33,786 nucleotides of DNA from a virus (taxonomy: Duplodnaviria; Caudoviricetes), in the IMG/VR virus record IMGVR_UViG_3300017721_001394, positions 1 through 33,786 of that record; one strand, 5' to 3'. The position numbers and the translations under genes were made by a program. The notes under the pieces were generated by a model. It was not told the origin of the DNA. It did not search any database and saw only the letters and a list, made by a program, of their open reading frames with translations. Shown in pieces: positions 8,893 to 16,900 of the stretch (the stretch's first letter is position 1; each line of letters opens with the position of its first letter).

Positions 8893-9498
8893 ATGAGTAA
8901 ATCTCTTTTAATAGAAACAAATACCTTTAAAATTAACCCTCTCCAGTTAACAGAAAATGTTAGTAAGGAGACGGGTAATTTAATGGTTGAAGGTGTTTTA
9001 GCTACAGCTGAAGTAAAAAATGGTAATGGTAGATATTATTCTAAAGACCTATGGAATAGGGAAATGGAAAAATATGGTGAAATAATTAAAGAAAGACGCT
9101 CAATGGGCGAACTTGACCACCCAGAATCCTCTGTAATTAATTTACAAAATGTATCACATTTAATATCAGAATATTGGTGGGATGGAGATAATGTAATGGG
9201 TAAGATAGAAATTTTACCTACCCCATCAGGAAATATTCTTAAAGAACTAGTTAAAGCGGGAGTAACAGTCGGTGTTTCATCTCGTGGTATGGGTTCTTTA
9301 GAAGAAAGAGGTGGAGTAATGGAAGTACAAGATGATTTTGAATTATTATGTTGGGATTTTGTTTCAACACCCTCTAACCCAGGCTCATATATGCATACCT
9401 TAAATGAAGGAAAACAAAATGTTGTACACGATTATACAAATGTAAATAAAGTAATACATGAAATTCTTTGTTCTAAAGGTTCATGTCCTCTAACATAA
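8893..9498 (+). CDS. Prohead core protease (T4 gp21-like)
   Basis: KNGNGRYY, GELDHP (catalytic His), GVSSRGMGSL (catalytic Ser), DFVSTPS. Confidence 0.93.
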   Translation: MSKSLLIETNTFKINPLQLTENVSKETGNLMVEGVLATAEVKNGNGRYYSKDLWNREMEKYGEIIKERRSMGELDHPESSVINLQNVSHLISEYWWDGDNVMGKIEILPTPSGNILKELVKAGVTVGVSSRGMGSLEERGGVMEVQDDFELLCWDFVSTPSNPGSYMHTLNEGKQNVVHDYTNVNKVIHEILCSKGSCPLT

Positions 9499-9535
9499 AA
9501 AAATTCATCGGACGCTACTGACGGACTTAAAACAT

Positions 9536-9559
9536 AGAGCACTCATCTGAGTGCTTTTT
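9536..9559 (+). terminator. Intrinsic terminator after the protease gene
   Basis: AGAGCACTC-ATCT-GAGTGCTTT stem-loop running into a T tract. Confidence 0.8.
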
Positions 9560-9596
9560 GTATCTTAAGATATTTTCATATATGTATGATCATAAT

Positions 9597-9680
9597 ACAC
9601 CATCTCTTATATGGTGTCAAATAAAATAAATCCCTATTACGGTTCCTAATAACCGTATTTCACAAATTTAAATTTTGCGA
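9597..9680 (+). promoter_or_regulatory. Structured 5' leader of the scaffold/capsid mRNA
   Basis: Perfect 7-bp stems ACACCAT/ATGGTGT (9597-9617) and TACGGTT/AACCGTA (9638-9657), plus imperfect TCACAAA/TTTGCGA just before the ATG; variant late motif ATATGTATGA at 9580-9589. Confidence 0.55.
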
Positions 9681-9682
9681 TT

Positions 9683-10900
9683 ATGTTAAACAACAGAGAC
9701 TTGCTGAAAGAAGCAATTGCTGATGCTAAAGCTGTAAAAGAAACTGCTATAGCAAACGCTAAACTTGCTCTTGAAGAGGCTTTTACACCTCATCTTAAAT
9801 CTATGTTATCTGCGAAATTAGAAGAAATGGACAAAGAAGACGTTGACGAAGGATACGATAAGTATGAAGAAGACGACGTTAACGAAGAAATGGATTCTAA
9901 AGACGAGATGAAAGAAGAAAAAGAAGAGATGGATGAAGCTAAAGAAGAGCTTGACGAGATTAATCTTGACGAATTACTCGCTGAGTTAGATCTTGAAGAA
10001 GATGCTCGTACAGACGCTGAAGAAGAAGGCTACAAGGACGGTATGAAGGACGAAAAAGAGGACTTGAAAGAGGACGAACGTACGGATGCTGAAGAAGAAG
10101 GCTACTTGGACGGAGAAAAAGACGAAAAAGAAGACATGGAAGACATGGACGACGAGGAAATTGACCTTGAAGATATGTCAGAAGATGACTTAAAAGGATT
10201 CATTGAAGACGTCATTAAAGACATGGTAGAAGCTGGTGAATTAGAAGCTGGAGAAGAAATGGATATGGACGACGAAGAGTCAGAAGTAGAAGTTGATATC
10301 GAAGTGGAAGATGAAGAAGAAATCATGGAAATGGATGAAGTAAGTTGGAATGATAAAAATAACCCTACAAGAGGAGCTAGTAAAAAAGAATTAGATCCTA
10401 AAAAGGTTGGACAATCAACAGCAGCTTATTCTATTAATGAGAAAAAAGAAGAATTAGATGAAAAAGTAAAAGGTGAAAAAGGTGTTGGAAACGAGGATGG
10501 AGACAAAGACGATTCTAAAACTGAAAAAGAAACTGAAAAAATGAGATTTAAAGAAGCATTAGATGAAATCGAAGCTCTTAAAGTTGAATTACAAGAAGTA
10601 AATCTTTTAAACGCTAAATTACTTTACACTAACAAAATCTTTAAATCCAAAAATTTAAATGAAGATAAAAAGGTTAAAGTGCTTAAAGCATTTGACAAAG
10701 CATCTTCAGTAAAAGAAGCTAAAGTTATTTTTGAAACATTAAATGAAGGAATGTCATCTAAAATGACAAAACCATCAATTAATGAAGTAAAAGGTAGAGC
10801 TTCAAAAGCTATTGGAATTGCTCCAACAGCTAAACAGCCAATTGTTGAAAACGATGCTTTTGCACGTATGCAAAAATTAGCTGGAATTATTAAAAGTTAA
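9683..10900 (+). CDS. Prohead scaffold/core protein (T4 gp22-like position)
   Basis: Extremely acidic coiled-coil protein between protease and major capsid; C-terminal RMQKLAGII helix. Confidence 0.8.
   Translation: MLNNRDLLKEAIADAKAVKETAIANAKLALEEAFTPHLKSMLSAKLEEMDKEDVDEGYDKYEEDDVNEEMDSKDEMKEEKEEMDEAKEELDEINLDELLAELDLEEDARTDAEEEGYKDGMKDEKEDLKEDERTDAEEEGYLDGEKDEKEDMEDMDDEEIDLEDMSEDDLKGFIEDVIKDMVEAGELEAGEEMDMDDEESEVEVDIEVEDEEEIMEMDEVSWNDKNNPTRGASKKELDPKKVGQSTAAYSINEKKEELDEKVKGEKGVGNEDGDKDDSKTEKETEKMRFKEALDEIEALKVELQEVNLLNAKLLYTNKIFKSKNLNEDKKVKVLKAFDKASSVKEAKVIFETLNEGMSSKMTKPSINEVKGRASKAIGIAPTAKQPIVENDAFARMQKLAGIIKS
9998..10141 (+). repeat. Tandem 72-bp (24-aa) duplication inside the scaffold
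   Basis: EDARTDAEEEGYKDGMKDEKEDLK / EDERTDAEEEGYLDGEKDEKEDME; the DNA core GCTGAAGAAGAAGGCTAC is identical in both copies. Confidence 0.85.
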
Positions 10901-10929
10901 AAAAAATATTAAAAAAAAAACTAAAAATC

Positions 10930-12552
10930 ATGAGTTTACAAACTTTATTAGAAAGTGCAAACCCATACCACTCAGTACAGGGTGACGCAGCTAGATTATC
11001 TAGCAAATGGGAAAAAACAGGTCTTTTAGAAGGTTTAAACGGTGCATCCAAAAACAACATGGGGATGATACTTGAAAACCAAGCTAAACAACTTGTAGTA
11101 GAATCTTCACAAACAGGTGGAGGTGCTGCATCAGAAGGTAATTTTACCGCTGGTGTAGGTGAGCAATGGGCTGGTGTAGCTCTTCCGTTAGTACGTAAAG
11201 TATTCGGACAGATTGCCGCTCAAGAATTCGTATCAGTACAACCAATGAACTTACCTTCAGGTCTTGTATTTTATTTAGATTTCCAATATGGAACTGACAA
11301 AGATCCATATACATCTGGAAATTCTTTATATGGTGCTAGAACAGCTGATGAAGATCCATTTGGTAATACAAGTACAGGTGGTGCTTATGGACCAGGTAGA
11401 TTTACTTACTCTATAAACAACACATCATCACACGTAGTAGTAGCTTCTACATCTGTTGCTACTTATGCAGATTTAGATTACAATTCAGACTATTCTGCAT
11501 CAATGGCAAATGGTGAATGGAACAAAGTAAATATTGCGGCTTCACAATTAGATTTTGCTGATTTTAGAGGTGTAAGAGGATTCCAATTCCAATCTGCATC
11601 TGCTGCATCAGTAGGTAATCTTCAAGAATCACAATTTACTTCTTATGATGGTACAAATATTAGTTTCATCATATCAGGTTCAAAATTTGGAGCTGCAGGT
11701 GCTTCTGTATTTACTGCATCATACCAATTACAACCAACTGATCAATTTAGAGGTGATTTTGAAGATGGGAATGATAACCTAAATGGTAATAACTCTCCAA
11801 TTTCAATTCCTGAAATTAATGTACAGATGCAATCATCTGCTATCGTAGCTAAAACACGTAAGCTAAAAGCTGTATGGACTCCTGAGTTCGCACAAGATTT
11901 AAATGCTTACCACGCTTTAGATGCTGAAGCTGAATTAACATCTATCTTAAGTGAGTACATTTCATTAGAAATTGACTTAGAGATATTAGATATGTTAATG
12001 GAAAGTGCTGCTGCTGGAACTGAAGTATGGTCTGCTGTAAATAACAGATCATTCGCTGGAGAAGTACAATCAGATTTAAACTTCTACAACAGTCAAGGAC
12101 AATGGTTCCAAACATTAGGAACTAAAATCCAAAAACTAAGTAACATTATTCACCAGAAAACATTAAGAGGTGGTGCAAACTTCCTAGTATGTTCTCCTTC
12201 AGTGGGTACTATCCTAGAATCTATTCCAGGATTTGCTGCTGATTCAGATGGTGATGTTTCTAAAGCTTCTTACGCATTTGGTGTACAGAAAGTAGGTGCA
12301 ATTAATAGCCGTCAGAAAGTTTATAAGAATCCTTATATGAAAGAAAATCAAATCCTATTAGGATTTAGAGGATCTCAATTCTTAGAAGCTGGTGCTGTAT
12401 TTGCTCCATACATTCCATTAATTATGACTCCATTAGTATACGATCCAGAAACTTTCACACCAAGAAAGGGTCTATTAACTCGTTATGCTAAGAAAATGGT
12501 ACGTCCAGAATTCTATGGTAAAATTCAAGTTGATGGTTTAAATTCTCTATAA
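10930..12552 (+). CDS. Major capsid protein (T4 gp23-like)
   Basis: ILENQ, PLVRKV, VSVQPMNLPSGLVF, AKTRKLKAVWTPEFAQDL, DAEAEL and APYIPL...FTPRKGLLTRYA motifs of the gp23 family. Confidence 0.96.
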   Translation: MSLQTLLESANPYHSVQGDAARLSSKWEKTGLLEGLNGASKNNMGMILENQAKQLVVESSQTGGGAASEGNFTAGVGEQWAGVALPLVRKVFGQIAAQEFVSVQPMNLPSGLVFYLDFQYGTDKDPYTSGNSLYGARTADEDPFGNTSTGGAYGPGRFTYSINNTSSHVVVASTSVATYADLDYNSDYSASMANGEWNKVNIAASQLDFADFRGVRGFQFQSASAASVGNLQESQFTSYDGTNISFIISGSKFGAAGASVFTASYQLQPTDQFRGDFEDGNDNLNGNNSPISIPEINVQMQSSAIVAKTRKLKAVWTPEFAQDLNAYHALDAEAELTSILSEYISLEIDLEILDMLMESAAAGTEVWSAVNNRSFAGEVQSDLNFYNSQGQWFQTLGTKIQKLSNIIHQKTLRGGANFLVCSPSVGTILESIPGFAADSDGDVSKASYAFGVQKVGAINSRQKVYKNPYMKENQILLGFRGSQFLEAGAVFAPYIPLIMTPLVYDPETFTPRKGLLTRYAKKMVRPEFYGKIQVDGLNSL

Positions 12553-12580
12553 TAAGAGATTAAATCTTACTTAATAAATT

Positions 12581-12606
12581 AACCCGGCTTTATGCCGGGT
12601 TTTTTT
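12581..12606 (+). terminator. Intrinsic terminator after the major capsid gene
   Basis: AACCCGGC-TTTAT-GCCGGGTT followed by a T run. Confidence 0.9.
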
Positions 12607-12615
12607 ATCTTTTTC

Positions 12616-12625
12616 ATATGTATAA
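12616..12625 (+). promoter_or_regulatory. Late-promoter-like motif variant ATATGTATAA upstream of phoH
   Basis: One-base variant of the repeated 10-mer, immediately after a terminator. Confidence 0.6.
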
Positions 12626-12748
12626 TAAAATGCGTTATACACAAACTATATTTATCTCATTATATAGCTATATCAATAATTTACTGTCTTTTAACGTATT
12701 TACTATGGTTGCATTCACTGATAACCTAACCTTTAATTCCAAGAATTT

Positions 12749-13486
12749 ATGGCAAGTAAACACCATACTGACGACGTTTATCGTCCGAAGAGAATTCCTA
12801 AAAACCCAATTAAGTTCAAACTCCAACTTAATGACGAACAAAAAGAAGCAAAAGCAGTTATACTTGAAAACACTATTACCCTTTTAGGTGGTAGTGCTGG
12901 AAGTGGAAAAACACTTTTAGCATGTAATGTAGCCCTAGATGGTTTATTACGAAGACAATATGACAAAATTATAATAACCAGACCTACAGTATCAAAAGAA
13001 GAAATAGGATTTTTACCTGGTGATTTAAGAGAAAAAATGGATCCCTGGGTTCAACCAATATATCAAAATTTTTTTCAATTATATGATAAAACTAAAGTCG
13101 AAAAACTTATTGAAGATGGCAAAATAGAAATAGTACCTGTATCATTTATGAGAGGTAGAACCTTTTTAGATTCTATGATAATAGTAGATGAAGCACAAAA
13201 TGTAACTCACCAACAAATGGAAATGATTACTTCACGTTTGGGGTTAAGAAGCAAAATGATGGTATGTGGGGATGCTCAACAGACAGATTTAAAGAAAAAA
13301 TCAGATTCTGGTTTTAAGTTTTTATATACAGCTGCTAGAAAAATTAAAAATTTAGAAGCAATTACTTTAAGTACAAATCATAGAAATGAAATAGTTGAAG
13401 ACTTATTAGAATATTATCAAGAAGCAATTGATAAAGGTATATCAATTACAACATCAGGTTCCTATATTTATAATAATAAAAAATAA
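12749..13486 (+). CDS. phoH: PhoH-family ATPase
   Basis: GSAGSGKTLLA Walker A, IIITRP, IGFLPGDLREK, FMRGRTF, IIVDEAQN, GDAQQTDL and HRN motifs. Confidence 0.95.
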   Translation: MASKHHTDDVYRPKRIPKNPIKFKLQLNDEQKEAKAVILENTITLLGGSAGSGKTLLACNVALDGLLRRQYDKIIITRPTVSKEEIGFLPGDLREKMDPWVQPIYQNFFQLYDKTKVEKLIEDGKIEIVPVSFMRGRTFLDSMIIVDEAQNVTHQQMEMITSRLGLRSKMMVCGDAQQTDLKKKSDSGFKFLYTAARKIKNLEAITLSTNHRNEIVEDLLEYYQEAIDKGISITTSGSYIYNNKK

Positions 13487-13500
13487 TCTAATATTTATAA
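13464..13500 (+). promoter_or_regulatory. Two tandem late-promoter-like motifs ATATTTATAA
   Basis: Exact copies at 13464-13473 (inside the phoH 3' end) and 13491-13500. Confidence 0.65.
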
Positions 13501-13512
13501 ATAAAATATATT

Positions 13513-13953
13513 ATGGCCCAAACAGGAAAATTAAACCTTTTTATAAGAGAAAGAATTACAGGCTTAGAAAGCCCTGAAGTAGTTTATGAAACAGAAAATG
13601 AGGTTATAATTGCCGATTATGATAAAAGACAATTATATATAACAGGAAGTCGACGAACTTCTTTATTTGAACTAGGATCAATTAATGCTGGAACACTCAG
13701 TGGCTTTGAATTAGATTATGGAAGAATTACTAATCTAGGAGCTGCAAATATATGTTTAACAATTACTGGACCGAGTACTGAAGCTAATTTCTCAATTGCT
13801 CCTGGAAGATCATTTTATATTAATAATGATAGATATTCAAATATTTCTGGAAGTTTTAATCCTATTCAAAAAGTAGAATGTGAAAATGAAGATACTTCTG
13901 GAATGGTTAAAGTAGAATATTTAATAGCATCCAAAAGAGGAACAGCAATATAA
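13513..13953 (+). CDS. Hypothetical beta-rich protein, possible virion decoration
   Basis: 146 aa, own late motif, located between capsid/phoH and the neck genes. Confidence 0.6.
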   Translation: MAQTGKLNLFIRERITGLESPEVVYETENEVIIADYDKRQLYITGSRRTSLFELGSINAGTLSGFELDYGRITNLGAANICLTITGPSTEANFSIAPGRSFYINNDRYSNISGSFNPIQKVECENEDTSGMVKVEYLIASKRGTAI

Positions 13954-13964
13954 TAAATTAAACT

Positions 13965-15104
13965 ATGGCAAATATACCAATCTGGGCAGGATCCAGTTCA
14001 TTCGATATAGGTGATACACCTTTTGGGTTTTATGATTACGATGAAGAGTTTAGATATGATGCTGATAAAGTAGCTATGTTTATTACTAGAAGATTAGGTT
14101 ATCCTCTAGTTGATGTAGAGCTACAAGATATAAGTTTTTATGCCGCTTTTGAAGAAGCAGTAACAACATATGGTAATGAAGTTTATGCTTATACAATTAG
14201 GGATAATCAATTATCTTTAGAAGGTGCAAGTTCCACATCACCCTTAAATAATGAGTTAATTTCACCTAATTTTGAACCTATTGTTAGATTAACAGAAATG
14301 TATGGTGCTGAAGCTGGAACTGGAGGAAATATAAAATACTATAGCGGATCAGTAGACATGGTAGCTAACCAACAATCTTATGATTTAAGTACATTTGGTG
14401 GTGGGATATTTGGTATTGAAATTAAAAAAGTATTTTATGAATCTCCCCCTGCATCACAAAAGTTTTATGATCCTTATGTAGGGACAGGAATGGGTACTAT
14501 GAATATGTTTGATAGTTTTGGTTTTGGAGGAATGAGTCCTGCTATTAATTTTTTAATGATGCCCTTAAATTATGATTTACAAATTATCCAACAAATAGAA
14601 ATGAGTGATACTGTTCGTAGATCTAATTATAGTTTTCAAATACAAGATAATCAACTAAAAATTTTCCCTATTCCAACAACAGGTAGTGGAAAAATATGGT
14701 TTGAATATATAAAGAGACAAGATAGGATTGACGCATCAATTCAAACAGGGATGAAAACTAGAGTAACTAATGTATCCAATACTCCATATACTAACCCAGA
14801 ATATACAAGGATTAATAGTGTAGGTCGTCAATGGATTTTTGAATACTCACTAGCACTTTCAAAAGAAATGTTAGGGTATGTAAGAGGTAAATATGGATCA
14901 ATCCCAATCCCAGATTCTCAAGTTACTTTAAATCAATCTGATTTAATAGCATCGGCAACCGCAGAAAAAACATCTTTAATAGAAAGATTAAGGTCTTATT
15001 TAGATGAAACCTCTCGTAAAGCATTATTAGAAAGAAGAGCACAAGAAGCAGAATTTAAACAAACGGAACTAAAACAAGTACCGTACACAATATATATAGG
15101 TTAA
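13965..15104 (+). CDS. Neck/head-tail adaptor protein (T4 gp13-like)
   Basis: RRLGYPLVDVEL near the N-terminus and LGYVRGKYGSIPIPDSQVTLN near the C-terminus resemble gp13; synteny. Confidence 0.75.
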   Translation: MANIPIWAGSSSFDIGDTPFGFYDYDEEFRYDADKVAMFITRRLGYPLVDVELQDISFYAAFEEAVTTYGNEVYAYTIRDNQLSLEGASSTSPLNNELISPNFEPIVRLTEMYGAEAGTGGNIKYYSGSVDMVANQQSYDLSTFGGGIFGIEIKKVFYESPPASQKFYDPYVGTGMGTMNMFDSFGFGGMSPAINFLMMPLNYDLQIIQQIEMSDTVRRSNYSFQIQDNQLKIFPIPTTGSGKIWFEYIKRQDRIDASIQTGMKTRVTNVSNTPYTNPEYTRINSVGRQWIFEYSLALSKEMLGYVRGKYGSIPIPDSQVTLNQSDLIASATAEKTSLIERLRSYLDETSRKALLERRAQEAEFKQTELKQVPYTIYIG

Positions 15105-15105
15105 T

Positions 15106-15636
15106 ATGGCAATGTTTGGACGACAACGAGATGTTAGTTTAGTACGACATCTTAATCGTGAATTAATGGGTAATATTATAACTCAACAAGCAGCTATTTA
15201 TAAGTATAAATTAGAAGAAACACTAGTTAACTTATATGGTGAAGCTGCTGGTGAGAAATTTTATGATGGTCCATTCTTATTTAATGTCCTATTATTAAGA
15301 CAACCACAACTTTATCCCGAAGATAGTATTGGTATAGAGTATCAAAGAAATATTAGATTTTCATTTTTAAGAGATGATTTAGTAGATGCTAATGTAGTTC
15401 CTGAAGTTGGTGATGTTATTTTGTATCAAAATGATTACTATGGAGTACAGCAAACGATTTCAAATCAATATTTTGTAGGTAAAAACCCAGATTATCCTAA
15501 TAACGATTCTAATGGTACACCAAACCCATTAAATCCAGGATTAGAAGATTTTGGTACTAATTTATCCATAATACTTGAAACTTATTACATACCAAGAGAT
15601 AAATTATCAATATCTCCATATAAAGAAAGATTCTAA
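15106..15636 (+). CDS. Head completion/neck protein (T4 gp14-like)
   Basis: NLYGE and PEVGDVI motifs; position between the gp13- and gp15-like genes. Confidence 0.6.
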   Translation: MAMFGRQRDVSLVRHLNRELMGNIITQQAAIYKYKLEETLVNLYGEAAGEKFYDGPFLFNVLLLRQPQLYPEDSIGIEYQRNIRFSFLRDDLVDANVVPEVGDVILYQNDYYGVQQTISNQYFVGKNPDYPNNDSNGTPNPLNPGLEDFGTNLSIILETYYIPRDKLSISPYKERF

Positions 15637-16560
15637 ATGCCAAATTTTAAACCATACCCAAAATCACAAAAAGAAATTAGTATTTCTAAACAAGTTGCTT
15701 TTGATAAGCATAGGGGAAATCCTAATAGTCCTGCTAACCCTAACCAATCTCAAACTGGTATTGATTTTAATAGATCAACTAAAATGAGTGCAAAAGGGGA
15801 TACAGATAAACAATTTTCAATTGGTATACAAGATTTAGATGAAGCAGTATTTTTTTATTTTAATAATGTTATTAAACCCTTTGTATATCAAAATGGTGAA
15901 AGAAGAACAGTTCCTGTAATATATGGTAGTCCTGAAAGATGGAAATCTTTTCAAAGAGATGGTTATTATAGAGATGATTCTGGAGCAGTAATGTTACCTA
16001 TACTAGTAATTAAAAGAGACACAATTACTAAAGATAGAACAACATATAATAAATTAGATTCTAATATGCCTAATTTGTATGGAAGCATTGGAAAAGGATT
16101 TAATTCAAAAAACGCATACTCAAATTTTAATTTATTAAATAATAGAAAACCTGTAGAACAATTTCAAGCTATTGCTGTTCCTGATTTTGTTACCCTAGAA
16201 TATAGTTGTATAATACAAACGTATTATATGGAACAGTTAAATAAAGTAATTGAAGCTGTAGAATACGCATCAGATTCATATTGGGGAAATCCAGAAAGAT
16301 TTAAATTTAGAGCTAGGGTAGATAGCTTTACAACAGCAACTGAATTAACAGCAGGAAAGGATAGATTAGTAAAAGGAACTTTTGGTTTAAGCTTAAGGGG
16401 TTACATAATACCTGATACTATACAAAAAGATTTAAATTCGATTAAAAAATATAATACCAAAGCTAAAGTTAGCATAACATCAGAAACTGTATCTAATATA
16501 GATAATGTAAATAATCCTGATAATATTCAAAATCCTAATAGCGATGGCAGAATTAGATAA
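15637..16560 (+). CDS. Tail terminator/sheath stabiliser (T4 gp15-like)
   Basis: VPVIYGSPERW, MLPIL, VPDFV and LRGYI motifs like gp15; precedes the sheath gene. Confidence 0.7.
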   Translation: MPNFKPYPKSQKEISISKQVAFDKHRGNPNSPANPNQSQTGIDFNRSTKMSAKGDTDKQFSIGIQDLDEAVFFYFNNVIKPFVYQNGERRTVPVIYGSPERWKSFQRDGYYRDDSGAVMLPILVIKRDTITKDRTTYNKLDSNMPNLYGSIGKGFNSKNAYSNFNLLNNRKPVEQFQAIAVPDFVTLEYSCIIQTYYMEQLNKVIEAVEYASDSYWGNPERFKFRARVDSFTTATELTAGKDRLVKGTFGLSLRGYIIPDTIQKDLNSIKKYNTKAKVSITSETVSNIDNVNNPDNIQNPNSDGRIR

Positions 16561-16577
16561 TTTTAATAGAATTAATC

Positions 16578-16587
16578 ATATTTATAA
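16578..16587 (+). promoter_or_regulatory. Late-promoter-like motif ATATTTATAA
   Basis: Exact intergenic copy. Confidence 0.7.
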
Positions 16588-16611
16588 TTATAATAATTAA
16601 ATAATTAAATA

Positions 16612-16842
16612 ATGATTAAAATTAAGTTATCAGAAAAAGAGTTACAACAATTAAAAGAATTACAAACTGAAGGAAATGAATTAGTATTTTCTTTAGGACA
16701 AGTAGAAGCACAAAAAGTTTCAATATATTCTTCAATTAAAATAGTTCAGGACAAACAATTAAAGTTAGGTAAAGAACTTCAAGAAAAATATGGAGATGGA
16801 AATATTGATTTAGAAACTGGAGAATTTACAAAACCAGAATAA
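16612..16842 (+). CDS. Small coiled-coil hypothetical protein
   Basis: 76 aa ending KYGDGNIDLETGEF; flanked by late motifs on both sides. Confidence 0.75.
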   Translation: MIKIKLSEKELQQLKELQTEGNELVFSLGQVEAQKVSIYSSIKIVQDKQLKLGKELQEKYGDGNIDLETGEFTKPE

Positions 16843-16861
16843 ATTTTTGAAATAACTTCTA

Positions 16862-16871
16862 ATATTTATAA
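16862..16871 (+). promoter_or_regulatory. Late-promoter-like motif ATATTTATAA
   Basis: Exact intergenic copy upstream of the sheath gene. Confidence 0.7.
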
Positions 16872-16900
16872 TAAAATAATATTAAATATAATATAAGACA

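Noticed and set aside
12618-12887. Plus-strand 89-aa ORF overlapping phoH
   Set aside because: Its ATG lies within the promoter-like motif, it overlaps phoH out of frame, and the region is better explained as an RNA leader.
15575-15787. Plus-strand 70-aa alternate-frame ORF (likewise 31186-31461)
   Set aside because: Fully overlapped by conserved genes, with no initiation context or motif.
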